Below the pieces are notes generated by a model. The model was given only the letters and a program-made list of their open reading frames with translations, had not been told where the DNA came from and did not search any database. The translations under genes and the position numbers were made by a program. A DNA stretch of 63,493 nt, filler included, from Reticulomyxa filosa (taxonomy: Eukaryota > Protista > Foraminifera): NCBI GenBank assembly GCA_000512085.1. It is 13 parts of 13 records of this genome, joined end to end, with 100 filler letters (N's around TTAATTAATTAA, not from the genome) between each part and the next. Parts side by side here need not be neighbours in the genome. Positions count along the whole stretch, not along the records: positions 1 to 9,649 come from ASPP01010656.1; positions 9,750 to 12,486 come from ASPP01013108.1; positions 12,587 to 26,082 come from ASPP01018898.1; 10 more parts are not named here. One strand, written 5' to 3'. Below are positions 1 to 12,770 of the stretch, piece by piece (the first letter of the stretch is position 1; the number at the start of each line of letters is the position of its first letter).

Positions 1-87
1 AAAAAAAAAGAAACTAGGAAAAAAGGGGGGGAGGCACAGTGTAAGAACTTACAAGAGTTTTTTTTTTTTTTTTTTTTAAATAAAAAG

Positions 88-1246
88 GCGACAATTTTTA
101 TGAAGATGGTGTAACGAGCACCAAATCCAAAAGATTTGGTGTGGGATTTGAACAATTGTTTCCTTCTTCTTTGGGCAGCTTTTATTTGGTTTTGGGAAAC
201 CACGATGTGCGATTGAACCCAAAAGGTGTGTCTCGGTTAACTTTTGTGTTTTAATATGTCTGGAAAAGAAAGGAAGGGATTAATTGAATTATTTGAAATA
301 ATACACACAGCAATTGAATTGGATTTTTGATGTGACATTGTGATGCAATATAAATGGGGGGGGGGACTGATTAGCTCAGATTGAGTACAGCCAAATCTCG
401 AAGCGATGGCACATGCCGTATTGGTACTTTGTGCAAGACTTTAATCTTTCACATTGGAATGATGGCCAGAACAAATTTCAGCGCTTAAGAATTTTGTTTT
501 TAGATACCAATTCACTTTTGTGCAGTCACAACGAATGGGACAAACTCACTCCTTTGGAAAGATATGAGTGTCGTGAAATGTGGTACGGACTGCCAGATAA
601 ACACGTGGAAAATCCCTCGCATCTCAAGGATAATTATCCTCCTAGAGATACTCAATTAGGTTTTACTCTATATACATATATGTATATATTATTGTATACA
701 CAACATATATTATGTTTATATTTATAACGTACTTCACTCTCCGAGTGCATAGCCTGGTTCCGAGATAAGATTGTAGAAAGCGATAAAGACGATACTATTG
801 CCTGGGTTTTGGTGGTTGGCCATCACCCATTATTCAGTCGAGGACCTCATGGCACACCAAACATGTTAAATAAATATTTGCGACCATTGTTCCAAATGTC
901 TGCTAAAGTTGTGGCATATTTTGCAGGACACAACCACGGGTTGGAGCATTACATTTGGGATAGATATAATAACTGGGACCATGCTGAAAAAAAAATAAAT
1001 GATGTCCCATCTCATCCAAAAAAGAGCCTTTTTCATACTTTTTTAAGTGGAGCTTCTGGAGTTGCCTCTTTGCACGATATGAAAGGTGAGCCTCCTGAAC
1101 AAAAAGACTCGAGCTTACAGCTGGGATATCTTGGAAAACAAGTTTATGGTTTTATGAGTGTTTCTGCTTCTCCACAAAGTATTCTTGTGCAAACATGGGA
1201 TGAGTTTGCAAATGAGGTACATTCTGTTGTTATTTCTACACGATGA
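88..1246 (+). CDS. Purple acid phosphatase / ACP5-type metallophosphoesterase (5'-partial, at least 3 exons)
   Basis: Exon 88-225 encodes GDNFYEDGV...LVLGNHD. The next exon gives AQIEYS...WHMPYWY...LFLDT. The last exon gives VVGHHP and YFAGHNH...SGA. These are the metal-ligand motifs of PAP/TRAP enzymes, separated by GT-AG introns. Confidence 0.9.
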
Positions 1247-2019
1247 AGATCCTTCTTATTCTTATTTATTAGAATTCAACACTACCAGTTACATAGTCAA
1301 ACTGCTAATTTGACAAACTAAAGGCTTTTGTTTTTTGTTGGACGATGTGTTTGCTCACTTTTTTTGTTAGTTGATAAAGCTGAATGAACTAATTTATATT
1401 TTGTTTAGATTTATTAACTAACTCTTGCAAAAAACTTTGTTCAAGCGAATACCAAACTATAACTTTTATTTTGCGTAACTTGATTGAAATAATGGTAAAA
1501 ATAAAAAAAGGTTATCACTAGCAAAAATAGTACATCGATTACTAGTGTAGATATGTCTATATTTGGTTTTAGGCATCCCCACGAGACTATCGACAACACA
1601 TTGTTAAGATTTATTGTAACAAGGCTTAAAATACATAAAAAAAGACATCTATTTTGGGTAAAGACCTGACACGACATGGATTGAAGACAAACAAACGTGT
1701 AAACAAATAATAAAAAAAAGGGGGCGACCTGCTGTATAAATATATTCCCCCGACAACGATAAAGTGATATTATTTTTGAGAGTTTACTTACCTTTTGTGT
1801 GTTGAGACAATCATACACACTATACCATGAACAAGAGACCTTGCCTATACTAAGTATCAAATATCACCAACAAAAAAAAGGAAACACACAAGAAAAGGTC
1901 AAAAAAAAGGAAAGGAACATCACACACAAAAGTCAATCAAAACCAAAAAAACTAAAACAAAAACGAACTTCGTCATCATGCTGTTATGCACATAAAAAAG
2001 AAAAAGAGAGAGAAATAAA

Positions 2020-2659
2020 TTAATGAATATCTTCTTTGCTCGGTCTGGTTTTCATTTCCAATTGAGGAGTGGAAAAGGGTAGATTGTCGTCATTGTTATT
2101 ACAAACGTTTTGAAAAAACGGATGTTCAACGATCTCCTTAATAGTCGGACGAATATCTTGAGGAACAAAAATCATCAGCAACAGCTCTGTGATTGTTATT
2201 GAATATACAAATAAATTTTAGTGTATAAAATAAACAAACAAACAAAGGATTCTTGTCACAAACCAAGCAATTGAGCTAATTTGGTTTCGACAAATTCATG
2301 TCTGGCAACTCTTCTTTTTTTTTTTGGATTTGGAGTGGGACAATTTCTTTGGTAAATGGAAAACGCTTCGCAGTTCGTCCTCCAAATTGGCCATAATATA
2401 GGGGTAGTTGGGATCTTTGTCACCATCCGGCTTCATCCACAAAAAAGCGCATTCCCCAAATACCAATAACAGAATTACGCCAAAGGACCAAACGTCATTG
2501 CTCAGCGCATCAAAGTACTTTTGCGCATTTTTATTTTTATTTACCCGACAAGCATAGCATTCCGGAGACATATACGGAGTTTTACCGCACCAAATGTTCG
2601 TCTGACAATACAATTTTTTTATCTGGCTTCGTTTCGTTATTATTTTGCTGTTGTTGCAG

Positions 2660-2691
<32 letters not shown>

Positions 2692-4507
2692 GCAGTTGTT
2701 GTTGTTGCGGTTTGTCTTTGTCTTTGCCATCTTCATTAGAGGACAGACCCTCATTCACCTTGCCATGTTCACTGTCCATAAAAGATTGTCCGTTGCTGTT
2801 ATCATTATTGTTATTGTTATTGTTATTATTGCTATGATCACTGTTGTCAGTTTTATTGATGTTATTGTTAGCATTGGCATTATTACTGTTCTCAGCCTCA
2901 TCGACATCATGAAAGTCTCCAATTTGATTCAACAAATCGGGGAACAAATGCAGAATGGAGAGCGTGGACAGATTTTTGGTATGTGCTTTTCCATGCACCG
3001 CCAATCCAGTTTGAGCGTCTGAAGAGGAAGCCCCTGGGATCGACAATCTCGCCGATGAGTCTTGTCTTGGCGTGCTTTGCAATGTCTGCATCTGCATCTG
3101 CATCTGCGTCTGTGTCTGTGCTTGCGTTTGTGTCGTTGCTTTCGCATGTTCACCCTTCGAATCTAGACTGCCACCGCGTATTGTCGCTGTATCTGCACTT
3201 ACAGTCACATTCACAGACCCACCGATAACAGTGGAGTCACTGCCAGCATTGGCTCTAGAATGTGTGCTCGTGTCGGCATTCCCTCCAGTCGTATTCGCAT
3301 TCGCATTTGGAGCTGGAGTGGCTACAGACGCGGAAGCGGAAGCTGCAGATTGAGTGTCTTGGGAGTTGACAAAGAAGATCTCTACGCCGGCAAAGTCATG
3401 CAGCAAAAAATGATGAGTTTGATTTATCAGGATGTTTTCGCAGGACAAGTCTTTGTGCGCAATATGATTGCGATGCAACATTAGAAGCACTATTTGGAGG
3501 GGGAGGCAAACAATCAACGTGATTCAAAAAAGAAAAGTTTTATTTGTCTTTAGTCTTTTTCTTTTTTTTCATATTTATGCGGTTGGATAGGAACCTTGTG
3601 CAATTCGGTGCATTTCTTGTAAATAAAAAGAAAACACGGGGAGGGTCCATCGGTACTCAAATTCTTGTTGGATTAGCCACTGGAACAGGTCTCCATAGCA
3701 TGCGTGTTCGTAAATGACTAAACCTTCATAGCTGTCATCATAGTAGCCTAGCATTCTTACCACGGGGAATCCATTCGATTGTAAATAGTGATGGATCATT
3801 ATCTTAAAAAAAAAAAAAGGGGAGGGGTGGAGAACTGTCAAGCTTTTTAAAATGCCCTTTTTTTTTTTCCTCCTCCCCCTCCCCCCCCTTTCCTCTCATT
3901 GTTAAAAGAAGATTCTACAAAATTTTGATTGGGATGAATTTGCTACGTCAGCAGTTGTTTCTTTATGCAAACAAAACCAAAAAATTTGTTAGGACAAAAC
4001 TTCTTTTCGCAACGCTTTTCGATATTTCAAAACATTGTCTACTCGTTTCACTACAACGACCTCATTATGGTAGCTGGAAATGAATATGTTGTTGTTATGC
4101 GCGAATGGTGAGCACATCGACTTTTCCAAATCTTTGTCCAAAAAGAGCTGGTCCTTTTCTGTTTGTAAAAGTTGTAGTTTCATCAAGTTCGCATCCCCGG
4201 GCCAATCTCTGTCGTAAGATCTCTCAAATTCCACCTTCTGCGCGCGAGACTTCTTGCCTTTTCCACGTGCTCCGCCACCCTCATTGGAACCGGTTAACGA
4301 GTCACGACGACATAACGATCCTTTTGATGGGTTACTCGACGGCTGGTTCAACCCGCAAAAGCTTAGAAACGATTGACCCCCGCACGTGTTTTGGCCTTGT
4401 GATGACAGTAGAATCACGTGACTGTCTGTTGACGTTAATGTCAATGAGTCGTCTATTACTGTCGAACCTGTGCTCCTTCGTGATGGGACGCTGTTTATCG
4501 AGCCCAT
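2020..4507 (-). CDS. Ser/Thr protein kinase, multi-exon, with a very large low-complexity activation-segment insert
   Basis: VVVKR, YEHACYGDLF, HKDLSCENIL, DFA, CGKTPYMSPE, DVWSFGVIL and RPTIKEIVEHPFF, with stop TAA at 2020-2022. N-terminus is MGSINS. 1-nt frameshifts occur in A-runs near 2614-2620 and 2315-2325. Confidence 0.88.
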
Positions 4508-4894
4508 TATTTGTAATGCACTTATTTGTAAAGCTCAAATTTAAAGGAAAAAAAAATGAAAGGGGGAGACCAAATTTTTTAAAACTTTTTCTTTTTTTTT
4601 TTAAAAAAAGAAAAACAGAGAAAGCACGTTTTGGAGATATCTTGACGCCAATATGAAAAGAAAGTGCAAAATAAACACACGAGGGAATATCAAACTAAAA
4701 AAAAAAATTGGAGTGAATGATATGGCATAAAACTAATTTGACAAAACATATAACAAAGGGATGGTCAATGGTTGAGTCTTTTTTTTCCACTCAGGAGAAG
4801 ACATAATAATAATAATAAAAGAGAGAAGGGGGAGGGGAAGATTTGATTAAAAAGCTTGCCATCATAACATAAATAACAATAAAAATAAGTACAA

Positions 4895-6621
4895 TTATTC
4901 TGTAAACCCCGTCCGTTCGTCATAAGTAAATCCAGCAAACATGTCTTTAGCTTCCAACATAGATCCAGTGGGTTCCACGAGAGAGTCTTGAGCATTTTGC
5001 TGAATAAAATCCTCATCGATATTAGTCGTGTCCATATCGTCTTGCACTTCAGGTTTGAAAGGAGGCTCCAATTCTTTTCGCAGCAGTTTGTCGAAGTCGA
5101 TCAATACAAAAAAGGCGTGTTCTCTGATTTCGGCGCCGTCTTTAGGGCCCGCGCCCAAGCGTCTTTTGGGATCGCGATCGAGTAATGCAGAAAAAAGACT
5201 GCATGCGTCTCTGGGCAAATATTTGGGCAAAGTCACGGATGCGTTCAAGATTCGGTCATACATCGTGGGCAAATGTTGATGGTAAAACGGAGGCAATCCA
5301 GTCATCATTTCATATAGCAATGTACCAAAAACTCCACCAATCCACTGCTTTGGTATAACCTTTTCCCTATTGGCCATTACATTCACATACATATACATAT
5401 ATGTATATATATATGTATATGTGTGCGTGTGCGTACAGATGTAAAGAATAATAATACATTTAAAATTTCTGGAGCTATGTATTCCGGTGTTCCACAAAAA
5501 GTGTGAGTGATTGTATCCCCTCTCAAGCACTCTTTGGACAAGCCAAAGTCGGCAACTTTGACGTGTCCGTCGGCGTCCAGCAAGACATTTTCCGGCTTCA
5601 AGTCCCTGTACACTACCTCTTTCGAGTGCAAATACTCTAACGCCAAACAGATCTCCGCTGCATAAAACCTGCTGCGCCGTTCCGAAAAGCGCCCTTCCTT
5701 TTTCAAATGGAAAAACAATTCTCCACCATTGAAGAAGTCCAGTACCATGTACAACTTTCAGTTTGTTTTTTTTAACGTATACATTTTTGTGTATCTTTTA
5801 TAAAAACTGAGTTCCTTACATATGTTTCATACATATATGTCTACATATACACATATACATATATATATGTATATGTATATGTAAACATGTATGTATAAAC
5901 ATGTTTAAACTTTGGCGTCGGTTTGAAACGCATAACGCAATGATATAACAAATGGATGATCGATTTGACACAATATCTTTCGTTCCTACGTATGCAATGT
6001 CACGTATTTATGCATTTGCTTGTTTACTTATGTTTTGAGTTTGTTTCGGAAAAAATCATCTGATACATAGGTATACACAAGTATGAAATGGACACGTTTT
6101 GTTTGTTCCTCTAAACTGTTTGTGTGTGTTGCACTTGTCGTTTTTCCACCAAATTCTTTTTGTTCAGTACTTTGATTGCGTAGATTTTGCCATCGTCTTT
6201 TTTTTTTGCTTGAGTCACCTTTTCGTTTATTTTTTTTGTTTGTTTGCTTTGGTCTGCAATTGACCACCTTACATGTCTCTCACCTTTCCAAAACTGCCTT
6301 TGCCGACCTATGCACAATTCATCGTTAGTTGTGTGACAGCATTTATGACACTGTCTTTTTTTTTTGTCGTACCACTTTAAGGAAAATAAAATCATCCACT
6401 GTCATCTTCTTATTAATCGAAAAACCTAAATTCTGCTCACTCTCCTCGTTCAACGCCTCCAAACTTCTTTTCATATTCTTGTTCGGTGTTGTTGGAGACT
6501 TGGACTTTGCTCTCTCATGAGGTGAGGACAGATTGCCTTGGGCCTTGTTTCGCTTTGAAGGTGGAGAGATTGGCGAATGCGAACGATTAGAGGCTGTTGA
6601 GATTCCAGAAATATTTCCCAT
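4895..6621 (-). CDS. AGC-family kinase (Akt/SGK/PKBR1-like, no PH domain), about 6 exons
   Basis: [46 protein letters not shown] and DWWS, plus an AGC C-tail PPFKP...FAGFTY hydrophobic motif. N-terminus is MGNISG. Confidence 0.95.
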
Positions 6622-7032
6622 ACTTGAGAATTTTTATACTCATCAGGAACAAGTTCTGTCCCTCTTCACAGCTGACTCCACGTGTGCCAAAACTCGACAA
6701 GCTTTGTCCAAAATTTTAAAAATACTCTTCATTTTATCGAAGAGATGTTCTCAACGTACACCATTCCAACGTGATACCCAAACATATTGATTCTAGCGTT
6801 GCGCTATGTTCCTACTCAGTTCAAAAAAAGATTCATGAAAAAAGCTGTTTATTTTTTGCTAGTTCGCTAAACACTTTATTTTTTCTTATAAAACCAAAAA
6901 TACTGACATTGCAAACGCAAGAGAAAAACAAACTTTAGCACTTGAGTTCTCGGTTTGCTGCAGTTTTTTTTGTCTCGTTTTAATTTTCCCTTTTGTTGTT
7001 TTTTTGTCCTCCAAAAGAAACATTTTTTTAGT

Positions 7033-9403
7033 ATGTCAGGAGAACAACCGCATTACACGCAACAGCCACAAAACACGCAATACCAGCAGCCACAGTACGT
7101 TGGCCAGCCAGTGTACGTCCAACAGCCGTACGTTCAGCAGCAACCTTACGGTCAACCGGTCTACGGTCAGCAACCGGTTCAGTACGTTCAGCAGCAGCCG
7201 GTTCAGTACGTTCAACAACCAGTTCAGTACAACCAGCAACCAGTCCAGTATGCTCCGCAAACGACAGTCGTTCAAACGACAACAACTACCACCACCGGAG
7301 TTAACATTCTTTTTGCTACGTTAAAATTTTTTAAACACCTTTGGCTTTTTTGTTGGTTTGTGCTGCGGTTACACGTTATAGCAAAACGATTTCCTTGCCT
7401 TTCAAGTTTAGTGTAAAAACGAAATGTACAAAATTTTTTACGAATACGTCCAAAGGGGGTTGTTAGAAAAAAATTCCCTTTTTTATTTAAAAAAGTTATA
7501 TAAAAAGCGTGCACAAACAATTTTTTTTTATTATTTTGTGAAGAGTACAACGGTTCAAGGAGAACCTGGTGAATTTGGATGTGGGACCAGTACCTTCGGT
7601 TTGCGAATGGACTTTAAAGCGCGAGAATATCGTGATATCGGATTTTTAGTTGCCTGGTTGGCGTCGTTGCTGCTTTGGTTTATCTTGCTTATCGTCTTTG
7701 GCGCCTCTACAACCAGCAAGTCGACCCCAGCACCGACTTATTACCCTCAGACAACGAGTGAAGGATTGCCAGCCTCACAAGTTGCAGCTATTGTCGGTAA
7801 ATTAATTGGAGTCTTTCTTATCACTTGCACAATTGCAATCATTTGTGGATATTCTTGGATGCAAATTTTGTTCAGGTTTGTTTGACCTTTCAATGAACCT
7901 CTTTTTCGCTTCATATTTTTATTTCACACTCTTTTGAACATCTTTTTTTTGAAAAAAACAGATACGCTCACAACGTGTTGAGATTTTTGATCGGATTGAA
8001 ATGTTAAGTTTTTTTGTTCTTTTTCTGATGCAATACCGATAAAATAAAATGTTGCTTTGTGATGAAATTGACTACAGTGTTATTTACTCTCATTTTGGCA
8101 GTTGGTAAGTTTGTATTTGTTTGAATTTGTAGGATATACGTATTTGAAATGTGGCTTTTTTTTAAATAGTGTTCATTATTGTCGGTATTGCCTTGGGAAA
8201 TGAAGGAGGAGGCTTTTTGGCGTATGGTATCATTATTTTGATAATTTTCTTTTTCATGTGCTTGTACTATTGGTGTGTCCGCTACCGATTAAAATTGGCT
8301 GCGGCAATGATTGTTAAGCAGTTTTTTTTTTGTGAAAAGAGTTGGAATAAATTTATTTTGTTATTGTACAGCGCTTGGGCACGAAAGTCGTCCAAAACAA
8401 CCAAGCAACAATCTTGTTGCAATTTTTGACCAGCATTGGATTGGTAAGTTTTCTATTTAATTAAATTTTAATGACTAAAAAAAACATTGTTAAACCAATA
8501 GCTCGTATGGTGGGTATTGTGGATTGCGGTTATCGCTTTGTATAGCGCCAAATACAATGTAAATGGTTTTGTTGTATTTTTGATGATATTGATGCACTAT
8601 TGGACAATGGAAGGTATGTTGTTGTGTTTATGAGTTAAAAACTTTTTGTAAATGAATTAAATAATAATGATAAATAGTGTTAGCCAATATTGCGCACGTA
8701 ACAACTTGTGGAGTTACTGCAGTGTGGTGGTTCAACAAAAGATAAAATGAAAAACCCAACGTGGAACAGTCATCGATATGCCACAACCAAAGGATTAGGA
8801 AGCATTTGTTATGGTTCCTTTTTAGTTGCGCTTATCCGTACCCTTAAGGCATTTGCAAAATCAGCAGCACAGCGTGGTAATGCTTTGGGCTGCATTTGCT
8901 ATATTTGTTTGGCTTACTTGGAATGGCTTGCCCGATACTTTAGCGTGTATGCTTTTGTACAAGTGGCCATTTATGGTGTATCGTTCTGGCAAGCTGCTAA
9001 GAACACATGGCAATTGTTAACAACAAAAGGTTTTGACGCAATCATTAATGACGATTTAAGTAATTTGGTTTTGGCTGCTGGTGCTATTGCTGGTGGTGTG
9101 ATCACTTCTTTGATAGGAGGATTGCTTGGCTATTTATTCTTTGTCAATTATGGGCATTTCGTTGGAATAGTTTTTGGTGTCCTTCTGGCCATTGTTGGAC
9201 TTTACATTGGTTACTTTTTCACTCTTGAATTCATGTTTGCAATTGCTTCGGCAATTAAGGCCATTTTTGTCTGCTGGGCTGAAGACCCTGCTGCACTGAA
9301 AGAAACTCATCCTCTATGTTACGAATTAATGGCCCAAGCATGGAGAAAAGTATATAATATTGGAGGAGTGAATGAAATTAACACCCTCAGAGATTTAGAC
9401 TAA
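7033..9403 (+). CDS. Choline transporter-like protein (CTL/SLC44/PNS1 family), multi-exon
   Basis: YRDIGFL, GSICYGSFLVALI, YAFVQVAIYGVSFWQAAK, DAIINDDL and IFVCWAEDP motifs, many TM helices, and a Q/P/Y-rich N-terminus. Confidence 0.92.
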
Positions 9404-9649
9404 AATGAAGAAAAACTCCATTTTTTTAAACTAAAAAGGATGTCCTTAAAGGTTGTAAATTTTTAAGTGCGGAGAAAATTTAACAAGGACGAATAAACCT
9501 TGCAATTTTTTTTTATAACTTGAAACTGCAAATGCAAATATGTTTTTTTTGCAAACCTAAACTTTTTTGTTTCTCTAGAGATTTTTAATCTTTGTGTTTC
9601 TTTTTGAAATCATCTTTGACTTGATGTCAAAAAAAATATTTGCCATTCA

Positions 9650-9749
9650 NNNNNNNNNNNNNNNNNNNNNNNNNNNNNNNNNNNNNNNNNNNNTTAATTA
9701 ATTAANNNNNNNNNNNNNNNNNNNNNNNNNNNNNNNNNNNNNNNNNNNN
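9650..9749. other. Artificial contig-joining spacer N44-TTAATTAATTAA-N44 (first of 12)
   Basis: Identical 100-bp spacer with stops in all six frames, also at 12487-12586, 26083-26182, 27586-27685, 35780-35879, 37713-37812, 42648-42747, 51190-51289, 53122-53221, 55069-55168, 58307-58406 and 60104-60203. Adjacency across spacers is not biological. Confidence 0.98.
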
Positions 9750-9901
9750 ATATATATATATATATATATATGTATATGTATATATGTATATAATAAATAA
9801 TATATAATATACATATATGTCTATGTAATTAATTAATTAATTACTTAATTTTTTGTTTTGTTTTAATCCAACTCGAAAACAACAACAACAAAAACAGTTA
9901 T

Positions 9902-10314
9902 TTGAAAGAGCGTATCAAACAACTCTGCATTGCGGATGAAGAAGGGGACATTGACGACGACTTCCCACCGATGCAAGCGAACCAAGATATATCCAGAATG
10001 GGCGTGGGGCATTTTTACGTGGATTGCTTGTTTGATGATGACAGTGACGCCGGTGGCAATGACAAGTCTCGCAAAGACCAGGAGGATATGAGTGTGATCC
10101 GCGAAGAGGGCGGCGGCGTTGTCAGCTCGCCTTTCCCAGTTTCCAAAGATCAAAGTAATCGTCATCGAAACACTTTGGAACTGAACACCAGCCAGTTGGC
10201 GTTGCAATTGAACCAACAAAACGGCCAAGACCACAAACAGTTTTCCAATGTCGATCAATTCCATGACCAAAACAAATCGAGAATGAGTTTCTCGGAATCA
10301 TTGTCACAATCACT

Positions 10315-10353
<39 letters not shown>

Positions 10354-10882
10354 GCAACAACTTAATAGCAATGCCTATTATAATGGTCATAACAATAGTA
10401 TTGTGGGTAACAATAACAATAATGTCAATAATCGCAATAACACAAAAGGCGCAAGCATGTCAAAAAAAAAAAACTCACCTGTCCATGTTGAGTTGCAACC
10501 TAAATCGGCAAAAAACAGAGCTTCGCAACATACCTCGCCGACTCATCCCAAAAAAATTAAAACAAAGCGCAAACGGGGCTGCTGTGGCTTCCTCTTTTGC
10601 TGCTACAAGCGAGAAGAACAAGAAATGATGGAAGTGTTGGACGAAAGTGTGAGGGAGGAAGAAGAAGAAGATAACAACAACGATGACGAGGAAGAGAAGA
10701 GAGATAAAAAGACTCGAAATGATGGTCGTGACAGACATCTCTCTAGCAACAACAAAAACAAATCCATTCACGAACAAAAACGGACACAATATTATCCACC
10801 CAATTTTGATAACACACAAAAAGTGACTTCGAGACAAACTGCTGCATCACAGATTTCAAACAGACAATTTGACATGGTCTGA
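9902..10882 (+). CDS. Hypothetical low-complexity protein, 3' portion (polyQ/polyN, basic-Cys cluster KRKRGCCGFLFCC)
   Basis: 326-codon ORF, GC-richer than its flanks. No recognisable domain. Confidence 0.6.
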
Positions 10883-11289
10883 TTTTTACATATGATTATT
10901 TTTTATTTTTTTATTTTTTTTGTATATTTGTGTTCCCTGTTGAACGCAAACGCATCTCTTTTTTTTTTCGTTGTTTTGGAAAGTATTAATGTATCTATCA
11001 CATTTTTTTTTGTTTTTTTTTTCCCCCGCCCCTCCTTCATCATTTATAACATTTTTTTCTCAGAAAGAAATTGAAATGCGTTTGGGCTTATATTTTGTTT
11101 GCGTTTTTTTTTTTTTTCCTCCACCATTAATGTACGACATTGTCTCTTCTTGGACAGTTTTTTGGTTAATCATGTTTTGTGATGCTTGTACATCTCACGA
11201 ATTTAAAAAAAAATAATAATAATACAATTGGCCTGCCAATTGCACTTTAAAATGACAGTAATTTCACAATTTAAAAAAACAATTTTTTT

Positions 11290-12053
11290 TTACAATTGCA
11301 AGGCCATCAGACGCAGTTTATCATACAAAGGAAAGTTTGTCCATTTGGTCAAAGGAAATTTTCCACTGTGTTTTGGGTATTCCCAATCCTTGTAAAAAAA
11401 GAAGTTTTTGCATTTGAAGCCACATTTTTCAAAACAACGAAAAGAGATGTCGTTGGTGACTTCAGCGGCAGCACTTCTAAAACCGAGTTGCTTTGCTCGT
11501 GCACAACTTTGTTTGATCAATCCAGTACCAATGCCCTTGTTTAAATAGTGTCGATCCACAGCGATTTGGCAAATGTGGAACACCAAATTCTTTTCCATCG
11601 CGCTTGAAGTGTGGCTATTCGAAGCCTTGGACATCACTTCTGAGACCCATTCGTGTTCTAAGTCATCACAGAAGTCCATCACTCGGTCGATAATCGGTCT
11701 CTCTTTTTCAACATCGAGTAAAAACATGTGTAATCCATTGGCTCTGACATCAGCTGGTAGTCCTCATTGAAGGACACGCCAACTAATTTTCGATTATCGT
11801 ATTTGTGAACTGCGGCTATACCCACCTTGCATTCTGCGCTCCCACGTATCCAAAAACCATAAAAGTCATGAAATATTCGGTACGGAACATGTTCTGCAGA
11901 AGGGTCTTTTATATCTCGCAGCTGAAATGCGTCACAAACAATTTGAATTGCCTGAGAGACATAGTCCAGTGTTAACACTTGATACTGTACAAGACCTGTC
12001 TGGTCTACTTCCTCAAAAAGTTTATCAAGCTGAGTGAGAGCATACGAGCTCAT
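11290..12053 (-). CDS. GNAT-family N-acetyltransferase (AANAT/dopamine-NAT-like)
   Basis: Motif A IAVDRHYLNKGIGTGLI and motif B AEVTNDISFRCFEKCGF. Two ORFs are joined by one missing T in a T5 run near 11721-11725. Confidence 0.85.
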
Positions 12054-12453
12054 TTGAATAAATGGCTTTCTTGAGAGATTAATAATTGAATGAGCACAGC
12101 GCTCACAAATTTCAGTGAAACGTGAAAAAATTTGTTAAAATTTTTAAAACAAGTTCTTTTTATATGTCTGTTTGAAATCTAACGAAATAAAAATGCAACA
12201 TGTTTTAATTTTCTCTATTTTTGCTCTAGAATAGAAACAAACTTTCAATCTGTAACCAAAAGCAATAACTACTGCAACACTAAATAATGTAAAAATAATT
12301 CTTGTAATTTTTTAAGCAAAAAATAAATAAGAAAACAAAAATGCTTTGAAGAAACCAAATTCATTTCGAGATTTGAAGATATTTCATCGTTCGGTTCAAT
12401 GATTGTACATTTTTAAACTTTTCGCATACATATTGGTGGGTAGTTTCTTGCTA

Positions 12454-12485
<32 letters not shown>

Positions 12486-12586
12486 TNNNNNNNNNNNNNN
12501 NNNNNNNNNNNNNNNNNNNNNNNNNNNNNNTTAATTAATTAANNNNNNNNNNNNNNNNNNNNNNNNNNNNNNNNNNNNNNNNNNNN

Positions 12587-12733
12587 CTGAGCGAACAAGA
12601 CTTTGAATGCATAATATGTGGAAAGCACTTAAAAACGAAGCAGCCTTGCGGAACCACGAGAAATCCAAAAAACATATCAAACTGTTGCAATTGCTGGAGC
12701 AGCAACTGAACATGGAAGAAGAAAATGATAATG

Positions 12734-12770
<37 letters not shown>

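Noticed and set aside
2521-3484. Plus-strand poly-Leu/poly-Val 'membrane protein' ORFs (also 43050-44372 on the minus strand and similar elsewhere)
   Set aside because: Antisense shadows of CAA/AAT/CCAGTA repeats in the real genes on the opposite strand.
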